The translations under genes and the position numbers were made by a program. The notes below the pieces were generated by a model. The model saw nothing but the letters and a program-made list of their open reading frames with translations, ran no database searches and was not told the origin of the DNA. A stretch of DNA of 64,000 nucleotides from an uncultured Gammaproteobacteria bacterium (GTDB lineage: Bacteria; Cyanobacteriota; Vampirovibrionia; JBFMGH01), in contig CAZFBA010000004.1 in assembly GCA_964517135.1 (NCBI GenBank), forward strand, positions 68,360-132,359, written 5' to 3'. Positions 39,074-48,851 of the stretch are shown here, piece by piece. Position 1 is the first letter of the stretch. Each line of letters begins with the position of its first letter.

Positions 39074-39166
39074 AATACAGTTTAAATGTACTTATATTTG
39101 GAAAAGTTAAAATTTAAGCTCTTTATAGTCTTATATAAAGGTAAAAAGGTTCAATTTTTTATTTAG

Positions 39167-39832
39167 CTATTGTTTTATGATGAAATTATTTTCATTGTTT
39201 TGTTCAATAATGATGTCATCAGTGAGTTTGCCTGCATTTACGATACCTGAAGTGATGTTTTTCTCTTTACTTAGCAGCCCTCTGAGGCTTTGTTGTGTAA
39301 ACCCTTTGCCTTCTTGCAGGTTTATTTTCATAACTCTAATTTTATCACGTATTTCCGGGTTACCTGCAATAGCTTTAAGCCCGTGCCCTTGTTCAATGTG
39401 TGCAATTTCATGAGCCAGAACACCTACTAATTCAGCCTCATTAGATATAATTTTCAGGGCTCCTCTGGTGATAAAAATAAAACCACCCGGAACAGCAAAT
39501 GCATTAATCTCTGGTGAGTCTAAAACATAGAATGAATATTCAATATCTGGTCTTGTAGAAACTTTTTCAGCTATGCTTTGCCCTATTTTATTAACATATT
39601 GGTTTACTTTCGAGTTTTTGTAATAGCCATACCTTTTAGCAAGAATAACTGCTGACTGAAAGCCAATTTCTTTTTCTTCTAGCAGAGTGAATCCATACTT
39701 CCCGGCGACATGATCAGTTTTGGTTGAAATGTTTTCCTGGTTATTATTGTTCTCTTCTGAAGCAATTGTTGCAGAACACGGAATTAAAACGGCTAAAATG
39801 AGACCTGTTATTATGGCATACTTTTTTATCAT
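39167..39832 (-). CDS. M48-family metalloprotease-like exported protein, C-terminally short
   Basis: Signal peptide; INAFAVPGG.IFITRG, EAEL.GVLAHEIAH; downstream E.EAD motif absent. Confidence 0.8.
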   Translation of the reverse strand: MIKKYAIITGLILAVLIPCSATIASEENNNNQENISTKTDHVAGKYGFTLLEEKEIGFQSAVILAKRYGYYKNSKVNQYVNKIGQSIAEKVSTRPDIEYSFYVLDSPEINAFAVPGGFIFITRGALKIISNEAELVGVLAHEIAHIEQGHGLKAIAGNPEIRDKIRVMKINLQEGKGFTQQSLRGLLSKEKNITSGIVNAGKLTDDIIIEQNNENNFIIKQ

Positions 39833-40012
39833 TTTTAATACCTCAAAATCTGCCCTCTATTTTACAATTAAAATATATTAAGCATATTAATTCAAGAGGT
39901 AATGCAAAAAATTACATTATTTGTATGACGAAATCAAAGCATAATAACTAAAAAAAAATATTAATTGATGTTAGTTATTGCATTGGAGGCTTGTTCCCGG
40001 ATTACAATAGAT

Positions 40013-40036
40013 AAGACCCGGTAAAAACCGGGTCTT
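40013..40036 (-). terminator. Terminator after the M18 peptidase pair
   Basis: AAGACCCGGT-aaaa-ACCGGGTCTT perfect stem. Confidence 0.75.
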
Positions 40037-40053
40037 GGTTGTTATGGGTTTAA

Positions 40054-41577
40054 TCAATGTAGACTATATGGAACCTCTTTAATCTTGTCATTGTTTAAAA
40101 ATGCAGAGATCCCTTTATAAAGGTGGAATAAATCACCTTTATCTGCTATTTCAACAGGTGCATGCATAGAAAGAATAGGTATTCCGATATCTACAACATC
40201 CATATTCAGGTTTGTAGCCAGGTACATACCTATGGTTGCACCGCCTCCAACATCCTGATTATAGGCAAATGGTTGATATTTAATGTTGTTACGATCAAAA
40301 ACTCTGGTAACTGATGCAGTAGCTTCAGGTAGTGAGTTTTTCCATCCTTGAAGCTTCATAATAACGCCGTGCCCGAGGCGACAGGCATTTGTTTTTTCTT
40401 CACGAGAAGGATCAACTGGATCAACGGCAGTTGAAACATCTGCTGAAAGAGCTAAACTCTTTTTAAATGCTCTTCTAAGATCGTTTTCATTATAGTTACC
40501 TTTTTGAGCTTCTATCAAAGATCCTATAGCCTGTTTAAAGAAGTCTGATTTAGCCCCATAATTATTCCAGGAACCTATTTCTTCATTACCAAAGAATGCT
40601 GCAACCGTTGTAAATTTAGGTGTTTCTTTCTGCTCAATTTCAGCTTTCAGGCTTGCAAAGACACAACTCTTGTCATCATGTCCGTATGCTCCTATTAATC
40701 CCTGATCGAAACCAACACCTCTGGGGTTTTCAGCAGGTACCAGGTTTAATTCAGCATGAATAAGGTCATCTCTGCTAATGTTATAGCGTTCTTTCAGAAC
40801 TTTTTCGACATAATCTGATATCTCGCCTTCAACATCAGAATTCATTGCAACTATAGGGTTCATGTTTTCAGCTTCAAACTCTTTTGATTTATTGTTGCCG
40901 CTATCAACATGTGGTGCCAGATCAGATATGACGAATGTGCTTTCACCGGGTTTATTACCTATATTAATGTTAACCTCTCTGCCATCACCGGTTATTACTT
41001 TCCCTTCCAGTGCAAGGTGGCGGTTAACCCACTGATATCTTTTTGATCCCAGGCCGTGCATCATTGTTTTAAAGAGGCAATAGCCCTCAGAATCTTTTAA
41101 AGGTTTTGCTTTTAATGTTATATGCGGTGAATCAAGGTGTGATCCAACAAGTTTAATGCCAGATGTTACCGGCTTTTCACCAATAGTAGCAAGGACTACA
41201 GCTCTATCATTATTAACAAAGTATACTTTATCTCCGGGTTTTACCTGTGACTCAGGATCAAAAGGCTTATATCCATTAGCTTTGGCTGTTTTAATCACTT
41301 CTTTAGCAGCTTCCAGGTTTGACTTTGTTTTCTCAAGAAAAGTCATATATTCCTGTCCGAAGGCCTGTATAGCCTGTTTTTCCTGCGGTGTAGCTGTACC
41401 AAGGATAGTTTCAGGCTTTTTAGCTTTTCCTGTGAAGTATACATGAAGCAGATTTGTATTTGCTTTGGCTTGTATATTATTTATAGCAGCTTGATTGAGT
41501 TTTATTTCTTTATTTTTGGCCTGAAAAGAATGCTGTAAAACTTTATTAGTATTAACTCCTGTTACTGATAACGTCAT
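40054..41577 (-). CDS. M18-family aminopeptidase with N-terminal extension, copy 3
   Basis: HLDSP, GHDDK, NEEIGS, SADV, SMHAP metal and catalytic motifs; leader ...LLHVYFTG. Confidence 0.9.
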   Translation of the reverse strand: MTLSVTGVNTNKVLQHSFQAKNKEIKLNQAAINNIQAKANTNLLHVYFTGKAKKPETILGTATPQEKQAIQAFGQEYMTFLEKTKSNLEAAKEVIKTAKANGYKPFDPESQVKPGDKVYFVNNDRAVVLATIGEKPVTSGIKLVGSHLDSPHITLKAKPLKDSEGYCLFKTMMHGLGSKRYQWVNRHLALEGKVITGDGREVNINIGNKPGESTFVISDLAPHVDSGNNKSKEFEAENMNPIVAMNSDVEGEISDYVEKVLKERYNISRDDLIHAELNLVPAENPRGVGFDQGLIGAYGHDDKSCVFASLKAEIEQKETPKFTTVAAFFGNEEIGSWNNYGAKSDFFKQAIGSLIEAQKGNYNENDLRRAFKKSLALSADVSTAVDPVDPSREEKTNACRLGHGVIMKLQGWKNSLPEATASVTRVFDRNNIKYQPFAYNQDVGGGATIGMYLATNLNMDVVDIGIPILSMHAPVEIADKGDLFHLYKGISAFLNNDKIKEVPYSLH

Positions 41578-41587
41578 AGATCCTCTC

Positions 41588-43093
41588 CTAGTTTACGTAG
41601 TAATTCTTTAATGAAAGGTAATGCTCAAATAAATCAGACTTGGAGATGAGTTCAAGTGGAGCATGCATACCTATAACAGGAATACCCGTGTCAACTACAT
41701 CTGTATTGTTTTGAGTTGCCATATAATTGCCAATGGTTCCACCGCCGCCTTTATCCTGATTGAAGGCGAAAGCCTGAAGCTGAACGTCTTTTTGTGTTTG
41801 GTTAAATTTTGCAGAAGCTTCAGGTGTAGAGAATAGCTGACCATTTTTGTAGAGTGACGGTCCATAACCAAGTTTTGAAGCGTTGGTTGCTTCTTCTGCC
41901 TCAGGTCTCATTGGGTCAATGGCTGTTGATACATCAGCAGAGACAAGTATACTGTTTTTAAAGGCTCTTCTAACCAGGTTTTCATTATATTGTCCCTGTG
42001 TATATTCAATGGCTTCTGAGATTATAGCTCTTGTATCATCTGATTGTGCACCATAATTATTCCAGGAGCCAATTTCTTCATTTGAAAAATGTGTTGAAAT
42101 TAAAGTATGCTGAGGAGCACTCTTTCTGGTAGCATCGAAAAGTGCCTGCATTGAGCAGTATGCAGATGACTTATCATCTGAACCAAAGCCAGATATCATA
42201 CTTTTATCGAAACCTACATCTCTTGCTTCACTGGCAGGAACCAGAGCAAGCTGTGCATTAATTAAATCATCAGCATCAATGCCGTATTTATCTTTTAATA
42301 TTTTTTCAACCTGTTTGGCAACTTTATTTGTTGCTTCAGGACTCAGTGTATCATCTTCATTCAGGCCTACAATCGGATTTAGCTTTTCTTTCGGGAAAGC
42401 TTCGCCAAGAGTTTGAGATTTGTTTCTGTCTACATGAGGTGCCAGCTCAGGAATCATAAATACCGGCTCACCCGGTTTGTTACCTATGTTGACGTTTAAG
42501 ACGGTTCCATCTTTTTTAACAACCTTTCCTTCAAGTGCCAAGTTTCTTTGAGTCCATTGATGGGCCTTAATACCGCCATGAACCATTGTTTTAAATATTG
42601 CAAACCCGCCCGGGCCTTCTTGAAGAGGTTTCGCTTTTAACATAATGTGTGGTGAATCAATGTGAGATCCTACAAGTTTAAAGCCATCAGTAACAGGTTT
42701 TTCACCAATAACAATAAGTGAAACAGACCGGTCTCTGTTAACTCTATAGAACTTATCACCGGCTTTTGGCGGTTTTTTAGGCACATCTTCCGGCCATGGT
42801 TTATAGCCTTCTTTCTTGGCCCGGCTTACAATCTCTGTAACGGCTGTCATATCAGTTTTTGAGTTATTTAGAAAACTCTTATAATCTTCTGCAAAGGCTA
42901 TAATGTCATTCCGTTTTTTTGCATCAGCACTTGACCAGAGTGATTTTAACCCTGTGAAATAGAGTTTTGTCAACTCTGGAGATGGCTTGGCCAGTGATAC
43001 AGGCTTCTGGACACCCTCAAACGATGGTTTGCTTGTGGTTTCTTTCTTGTTAACTTTTAAATTTGGAAAATTTGCGATACTGTTTACGTGCAT
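41588..43093 (-). CDS. M18-family aminopeptidase with N-terminal extension, copy 2
   Basis: HIDSP, GSDDK, NEEIGS, SADV, GMHAP; leader PSFEG...LTKLYFTG. Confidence 0.9.
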   Translation of the reverse strand: MHVNSIANFPNLKVNKKETTSKPSFEGVQKPVSLAKPSPELTKLYFTGLKSLWSSADAKKRNDIIAFAEDYKSFLNNSKTDMTAVTEIVSRAKKEGYKPWPEDVPKKPPKAGDKFYRVNRDRSVSLIVIGEKPVTDGFKLVGSHIDSPHIMLKAKPLQEGPGGFAIFKTMVHGGIKAHQWTQRNLALEGKVVKKDGTVLNVNIGNKPGEPVFMIPELAPHVDRNKSQTLGEAFPKEKLNPIVGLNEDDTLSPEATNKVAKQVEKILKDKYGIDADDLINAQLALVPASEARDVGFDKSMISGFGSDDKSSAYCSMQALFDATRKSAPQHTLISTHFSNEEIGSWNNYGAQSDDTRAIISEAIEYTQGQYNENLVRRAFKNSILVSADVSTAIDPMRPEAEEATNASKLGYGPSLYKNGQLFSTPEASAKFNQTQKDVQLQAFAFNQDKGGGGTIGNYMATQNNTDVVDTGIPVIGMHAPLELISKSDLFEHYLSLKNYYVN

Positions 43094-43604
43094 TGATTAA
43101 ACCCTCATACTTATCTTATTATTTCTACTTGATTAAACTTGGTTAATTCTAAAACATAGCAATAATAACTCAACATAGACTTATACAAATAAATCTACCT
43201 GTTTTTTAGCTTGTTATACAACTTAATCAGATTCAAAATTAGCTTAAATCTGTAATGTTAAATAGTCTCTTCTCTAATTGTTAAACCTTAATTACTCTCC
43301 CCCTGTTTTGCTTTCTGACTTTAACCGATTTACCCCCTGATTGAAGATTTAAAAAATATATCTTCGATGTTACCCTACATAATACTACGTCAATAAAATA
43401 AGTAAAGCCTAAAAGCTCAAATTTGTCAGAATTTTTACCAAATTCTTAACATTTTGTTTTTTATATTTCAGTTAACAATGATATTTAAGAACGCTTTTTT
43501 TAAAAGGATTACAGGGCTTGCTTTCCATTATTGCTTGCTGTTTATTAAAGATACTGTAAATATATAGTCACTTGTTAGTGATTATTGCTAATCATGGATT
43601 ATAA

Positions 43605-45143
43605 CTAGCCTCTATTTAGGTAATAAGCCATAAGTGCAGAAGAAAATTCGTATAAATCTCCTTTGGATATGATTTCATTGGGTGAGTGCATACCTAAAAT
43701 AGGGACGCCAAAATCAACAACATCAGCATTATAATTGGTTGACAGGAATGTACCTATTGTTCCCCCACCCCCTTTATCCTGATGGAAAGCGTGTGTCTGG
43801 GTCTGCGTTCCTCTGATCATATTCATAAAGCGGGCTGATGCTTCTGGTGTAGAGTAGGTTTTACCATCCTTCTGAATAGATGGACCAAACCCAATTTTTG
43901 TTGAATTAGTTGCCTCTTCAGCATCAGGTCTTACCGGATCAATAGCTGTTGTTACGTCAGCTGAAACAAGAAGACTATTTTTGAAGGCATTTTTAACTGC
44001 AAGAGAGTTATGATGCCCTGTTGTATATTGTAAAATTTCTTCTACCATTGTCTCTGTATCATTTGAACGTGCTCCATAGCCATTCCAGGAGCCTATTTCT
44101 TCGTTGCCATAGTGGGCTGCAATAAGCGTCTGCTCTGGTATCGGGTTTACTTTAAGTGCTGAAAACAGAGCTTCGTTTGCTGCATAGACAGATGACTTGT
44201 TGTCAGAGCCGTACCCTGCAACGAGAGCCCTGTCAAAACCAACATCTCTGGCTTGATTAGCTGGTACAAGATCAAGCTGAGCATTGACAAGATCATCTCT
44301 TGTAACACCGTAATGCTTGTAAAGAATCTGTTCTACGTGATCAGAGATGCTTCCTTCTTGATTTGGGTTAAGGTTTATTGATTCAGTAGAGCCTGCAATA
44401 GGATTTAGAGCTTCTTTTGTAATATTACTTTTACCACCATCTACATGAATAGCCAGTTCCGGAATTACAAACACAGGGTCACCCGGTTTGTTTCCTATGT
44501 TGACCTTAATAACAGTGCCATCCTGCCTTACAATTTTGCCAACAAGAGCAAGATTTCTCTGGGTCCACTGCCCGGGCTTTATGCCACCATGTACAATAGT
44601 TTTAAAGATTGACATGCCACCTGCACCATCCTGAATAGGTTTAGCTTTAAGGCTTATATGAGGTGCATCTATATGTGTACCGATCATTTTAAATCCGTTA
44701 GATATAGGTTCTCTGCCTACAACTATAAGTTGAACAGAGCGATCTTTGTTAACTCTGAAGAATTTTTCTCCGGGTATCAGCTGTCTGTTAGGCTGTTGTT
44801 GTGGCCAGGGCTGGAATCCTTCTTGCATTGCCCTGTTAACGACTGCTTCTACTCCTGAAAGATCTGTTTTAGCTGAATCAAGAAAATGTTTATAATGCTC
44901 ACCAAACTGAAAAATACGCTCTCTTTTAGCTGGATCTGCATTGGCCATAATAGATTTAACAACGGGTTTTTGAGGTAGTTGTGGCATTGGTGTGTAATAC
45001 GCTTGCATTAAACCTGCTGACGGTTGTGCCAGAGGCTGGCTTGAAGATATTAACTGGCCATAAGGAACTGGCTGTGGAGGGTTTTGGGCTGATCCATTAT
45101 AATTTAACACTTGTGGAGATACTTGAGATACCAACATAGACAT
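43605..45143 (-). CDS. M18-family aminopeptidase with Pro/Gln-rich N-terminal extension, copy 1
   Basis: HIDAP, GSDNK, NEEIGS, SADV, GMHSP; leader ...PSAGLMQAYY. Confidence 0.9.
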   Translation of the reverse strand: MSMLVSQVSPQVLNYNGSAQNPPQPVPYGQLISSSQPLAQPSAGLMQAYYTPMPQLPQKPVVKSIMANADPAKRERIFQFGEHYKHFLDSAKTDLSGVEAVVNRAMQEGFQPWPQQQPNRQLIPGEKFFRVNKDRSVQLIVVGREPISNGFKMIGTHIDAPHISLKAKPIQDGAGGMSIFKTIVHGGIKPGQWTQRNLALVGKIVRQDGTVIKVNIGNKPGDPVFVIPELAIHVDGGKSNITKEALNPIAGSTESINLNPNQEGSISDHVEQILYKHYGVTRDDLVNAQLDLVPANQARDVGFDRALVAGYGSDNKSSVYAANEALFSALKVNPIPEQTLIAAHYGNEEIGSWNGYGARSNDTETMVEEILQYTTGHHNSLAVKNAFKNSLLVSADVTTAIDPVRPDAEEATNSTKIGFGPSIQKDGKTYSTPEASARFMNMIRGTQTQTHAFHQDKGGGGTIGTFLSTNYNADVVDFGVPILGMHSPNEIISKGDLYEFSSALMAYYLNRG

Positions 45144-45458
45144 AGATAACTCCTGTCGTGAGCATTGAGAGCTTTATTTGAGAGAGAAAATAGCTGAACA
45201 ATAACATTTTTATGTACTTAATTAATGATCCTGAAACTATTTTATTGATAAAAAAACAGGGAAAATTATCAAATGTTTACAAATTATGCAATTTGGCCTA
45301 ATTTATCGATTTAGAGTCTTTAATTTGTTAATGTTTGCCGGACACTTTTAAATTTTGCTATGATTAGTTGATGTAAAAAAATTATTCAAATACTTAATAA
45401 TTATTATTTTGAAGATAGACGGGAAGTTAAATTTAGTATATATTCATATATGAGTCAA

Positions 45459-45545
45459 GCCTTGGTGGCGGAATTGGTAGACGCGCCGGACTTAAAATCC
45501 GGTGAGGCCCAAAACCTCGTGCCAGTTCGATTCTGGCCCAAGGCA
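45459..45545 (+). tRNA. tRNA-Leu(TAA)
   Basis: Acceptor GCCTTGG/CCAAGGC, D-loop GGAATTGGTAGAC, anticodon arm CCGGA-CTTAAAA-TCCGG, long variable arm, GTTCGA T-loop; CCA not encoded. Confidence 0.96.
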
Positions 45546-45551
45546 CACTCT

Positions 45552-45580
45552 AAAAGAGCCAGTGCTTTGCTGGCTTTTTT
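45552..45580. terminator. Probably bidirectional terminator between the tRNA and the GT4 gene
   Basis: AAAAGAGCCAG...CTGGCTTTTTT. Confidence 0.8.
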
Positions 45581-45599
45581 GTTTGGTGAATCGGTCAAT

Positions 45600-46964
45600 T
45601 TATTGCTGAAGCACTTCTTTATATGTTTTAAGAACGTTCTGAGCCATAATTTCCCAGGTAAGTTCGTTAAGTATACATTCTACCCCGGCTTTAGCGCAGT
45701 GATCCCAGAGGTCTCTGTTTCTGATAAGCTTTAAGATGGCTTTAGATAAAAGATGATGCTTCTTTACATTTATCAATAATTCTGGCTTGCCTTTGCTTAT
45801 GATGCTTAATAGTGCACATGTATGGTGAGCTACAACAGGTATGCCTGACAGGGCAGCTTCAATAATAGTTAGCGGAAGTGGGTCGGTAATATCACAATCT
45901 ACAAAAACCCCGCCTTTTCTGCCTACAATTCTATAAAGTTCTGGAACTTCTTTTTCATAATCAACTTCATCGAAGAGAAAGACTTTGCCTTTAGTGTTGG
46001 TAAGGTCAACCAGTTTTTCAATATGATGTAATACTGTTAGTTGCTGGGGTGATAGCTTTGATCTGTCTGTAATTTTTCCAGCGCAGATAACAAGGTTAGC
46101 AGTATCCTGTAATTCAGGGTCATCAACATAGCATTCTACCATATTAGATATGTTTTTCTTTGCCTCCAGGCGACTTAGCATTAGAATACAGGGTTTTGTG
46201 GTGTCATCAAGGCCTTCATTCATCTTATTAAGTATTTTTTTTCTTACTGCAATGTTTGTTTCATCTTTTGCTGTTTCTTTATTCCAGAAAGGCTTGAATC
46301 TATCAGTGTTGACACCCGGGTGAATCACTTTAAACCTGTTATCTTCCGGGTTTATTGAATATTTTGAAAACTGGTCATTAATTTCTGCTTTGCAGAATAC
46401 TGTCAGGGCATTTGCATTATTAATAATCTCTTGTTCAGTTTTAATGCGCTCAGAGAAATTATAATATCTTTCTAGCTCTTCTGAAAGGCCTGCTTTAGAT
46501 TTTAATTCGTCCAATTTAGGTTTACCTAAAGAATGAGCAGAGAATACATGTGGAATGTTACACTCTTTAGAGAGTTTATTGCATATGTAGCCAGTGTCAT
46601 AATAGTTACTGTGCAATATATCAGGTATCTGATCATCTGTTTTAATATAATACTTAATGTTTTCATAGAATTCATCCAGATGATTCCAGAGTTCAACCTT
46701 CTTTAGATATTTTGATGGCCCGCAGGGAACCCTTACGATGCCTACTTTTTCGTTAATATGTTCAAAAGGTTTAGAATATCCGGGGTAGTCATCATCTTTA
46801 AATAGCCTGGTAACTACTTCTACTCTGCTAACTTCATTGAAATTAGCAAGGGCTTTAGCAAGTTCAATAATATAAATGATCTGGCCGCCGGTATCTTCAT
46901 CCCTTCCAAGTTCCAGATTGTGTGCCCTGATTAATCCATGTATTTGATAAAGCTGTATATACAT
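45600..46964 (-). CDS. GT4 glycosyltransferase, sucrose-phosphate-synthase-like, without HAD domain (start reassigned to MYIQ)
   Basis: HGLIR..NLELGRDEDTGGQ..Y..ELA, HSLG, SR...KN; the canonical EPFGL is altered to DPLPL. Confidence 0.82.
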   Translation of the reverse strand: MYIQLYQIHGLIRAHNLELGRDEDTGGQIIYIIELAKALANFNEVSRVEVVTRLFKDDDYPGYSKPFEHINEKVGIVRVPCGPSKYLKKVELWNHLDEFYENIKYYIKTDDQIPDILHSNYYDTGYICNKLSKECNIPHVFSAHSLGKPKLDELKSKAGLSEELERYYNFSERIKTEQEIINNANALTVFCKAEINDQFSKYSINPEDNRFKVIHPGVNTDRFKPFWNKETAKDETNIAVRKKILNKMNEGLDDTTKPCILMLSRLEAKKNISNMVECYVDDPELQDTANLVICAGKITDRSKLSPQQLTVLHHIEKLVDLTNTKGKVFLFDEVDYEKEVPELYRIVGRKGGVFVDCDITDPLPLTIIEAALSGIPVVAHHTCALLSIISKGKPELLINVKKHHLLSKAILKLIRNRDLWDHCAKAGVECILNELTWEIMAQNVLKTYKEVLQQ

Positions 46965-46995
46965 AGTTTGTGCCTTTTTAATAATGCGAACCTGT

Positions 46996-47835
46996 CTATT
47001 TCTTTGTTTTAACTGCGCTTGCAGGTACTGGCTCCGGGTCTGGCGGTAAGTTTTTTGCCAACCAGTCATACATAATATCTTTCAGCTTTGGTTCAAACTT
47101 TAACATAAAAATACCGTGTCCGGCATGTTCTATAAGGACAATTTGATGGGTTCCCTGAGAATATTTGACGAGTTCTTCTGTTGACTTAAAAGAAGAGGAA
47201 TCGGTTTTTGAAACAATTATTAATATTGGATGAGCACCATAGTTGACCAGCGCAACACGTGCCTCAATACCTTTGTAGTCTGTAAAGGGTGAAAGAAGTA
47301 TCAGACCCTTAACATGTTGTTTTTCTTTTTCGGCTGCTTTTATAGCTACGCAACTTCCCATACTTGAGCCAGCTATAATTATTTTCTCAGTGTTTATTTC
47401 AGGATAATTATTCTTGAGATAATCAATACCATTGACTACATCATATTCAATATTCTCCCAGTCATCTTTTTGAAATCCTCGCCAGAATTTTTTCTTATGT
47501 TTTTTGTCCAGGACACTTTCACCATGTCCCCTTAAATCGATGCTTAAAACACTATAACCTTTTTCTGCAAGCTCAATGGCATATGGTTTCCATATATCTT
47601 TGTTTTGTGCAATCTCATGAATAAAAATAACAAGAGGAACTCTGGTATTCTTTTCGATATTTAAAGGGAGATAAAGGTTTGCTACAATATTGAACCTGTC
47701 TTTAGATTGATATTCAATCTTTTGAGGTTCTATGGTTTTTTCTTTTTTGGCTTTTCCTTTACCTTTTGCGATAGCAGGCAGGCAGAGAAAAGCTATTAAA
47801 ACTAGAATAATCCCGATTTTTAATAGTGATTTCAA
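46996..47835 (-). CDS. Exported alpha/beta hydrolase
   Basis: Signal peptide; DLRGHGES, GSSMG nucleophile elbow, GHG. Confidence 0.85.
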   Translation of the reverse strand: MKSLLKIGIILVLIAFLCLPAIAKGKGKAKKEKTIEPQKIEYQSKDRFNIVANLYLPLNIEKNTRVPLVIFIHEIAQNKDIWKPYAIELAEKGYSVLSIDLRGHGESVLDKKHKKKFWRGFQKDDWENIEYDVVNGIDYLKNNYPEINTEKIIIAGSSMGSCVAIKAAEKEKQHVKGLILLSPFTDYKGIEARVALVNYGAHPILIIVSKTDSSSFKSTEELVKYSQGTHQIVLIEHAGHGIFMLKFEPKLKDIMYDWLAKNLPPDPEPVPASAVKTKK

Positions 47836-48047
47836 AGATATGGCTCCCTTTTTATATTTTTATGAAGTAAAACACTCTCGATAAAATAGCAGAGGCCCCG
47901 AAATATTTTTTGAGTATGACTGATAGCCTCTTGTGATTTCTCTATGATACCATTTTTTAATTGAATCTACTTTATTCATTAAGAATTTTTTGAAGTGATT
48001 TTGTTCCGTTTATTGCCTAAATTGATTTACGTTTGCAGAAAAAGTAT

Positions 48048-48851
48048 TCAGTCAGCAGAAGTAATAATTTCATCGATCAAGGCAGGGTTATTTTTAAGTA
48101 TTTCAAGGCCATGGTCACTACCTTTTGTAATAATTATATTAATGTGAAGATTATTTAAGATGCTATATTCTTTAATAGCCTTCATACAGGGTGTATCGCC
48201 TTCAGATGTTATAAGATATGTTGCCCTATCAATGTTTTTAATATATCGTGAAATATCATATTTCCTGTAACGGCTATAAGGAGAAATTGCAATAACCCTT
48301 TTAACCTTATCTGAATTATAATAGCCAGTTATTAGTGCCACATTAGCTCCCAGGCTGGCTCCTAAAAGTATACAGTGATCTGTATTAACAGCAGGATGTT
48401 CAGTAAGAAAAGAAATAGCAGCTTCAACATCTTTGAATATACTGTTTTTGTGGATGTCAGCCATAGAATAAAAGTGAGTTTCATGGCCTGATGTCATATA
48501 GATGCTTTTGCCATGGCCTCTGAAATCCAGAGTGAGAATATTTAGTTTCTTTTGAATAAGCAATGGTATCAGCCAGTTAAAACTATCCTGTGAGCTATTT
48601 AAAGAGTGTAACAAAATAATAACAGGCCTGTCATCTTTATTTAAAGTATGATACAGGGTTGCTTTTATGATAAAATCATCACTGGTTATAAATTCAACTT
48701 TATCAGTAACTGTAAAATTTGAACTGTCAGCTAACCTGCTAATTGAAATACTGGTTGAGGTTAAGTATATAGTAATAATAACTACTATTATAAAAACCGT
48801 ACAGGTTTTTAAAGCTCCATAAAAAATTAAACTATTTTTAAACACTTGCAA
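48048..48851 (-). CDS. Alpha/beta hydrolase with N-terminal membrane anchor (paralog of the neighbour)
   Basis: DFRGHGKS, GASLG, DHG. Confidence 0.82.
   Translation of the reverse strand: MQVFKNSLIFYGALKTCTVFIIVVIITIYLTSTSISISRLADSSNFTVTDKVEFITSDDFIIKATLYHTLNKDDRPVIILLHSLNSSQDSFNWLIPLLIQKKLNILTLDFRGHGKSIYMTSGHETHFYSMADIHKNSIFKDVEAAISFLTEHPAVNTDHCILLGASLGANVALITGYYNSDKVKRVIAISPYSRYRKYDISRYIKNIDRATYLITSEGDTPCMKAIKEYSILNNLHINIIITKGSDHGLEILKNNPALIDEIITSAD

Noticed and set aside
45450-45734. 94-aa plus-strand ORF
   Set aside because: Overlaps tRNA-Leu, its terminator and the antisense GT4 gene; spurious
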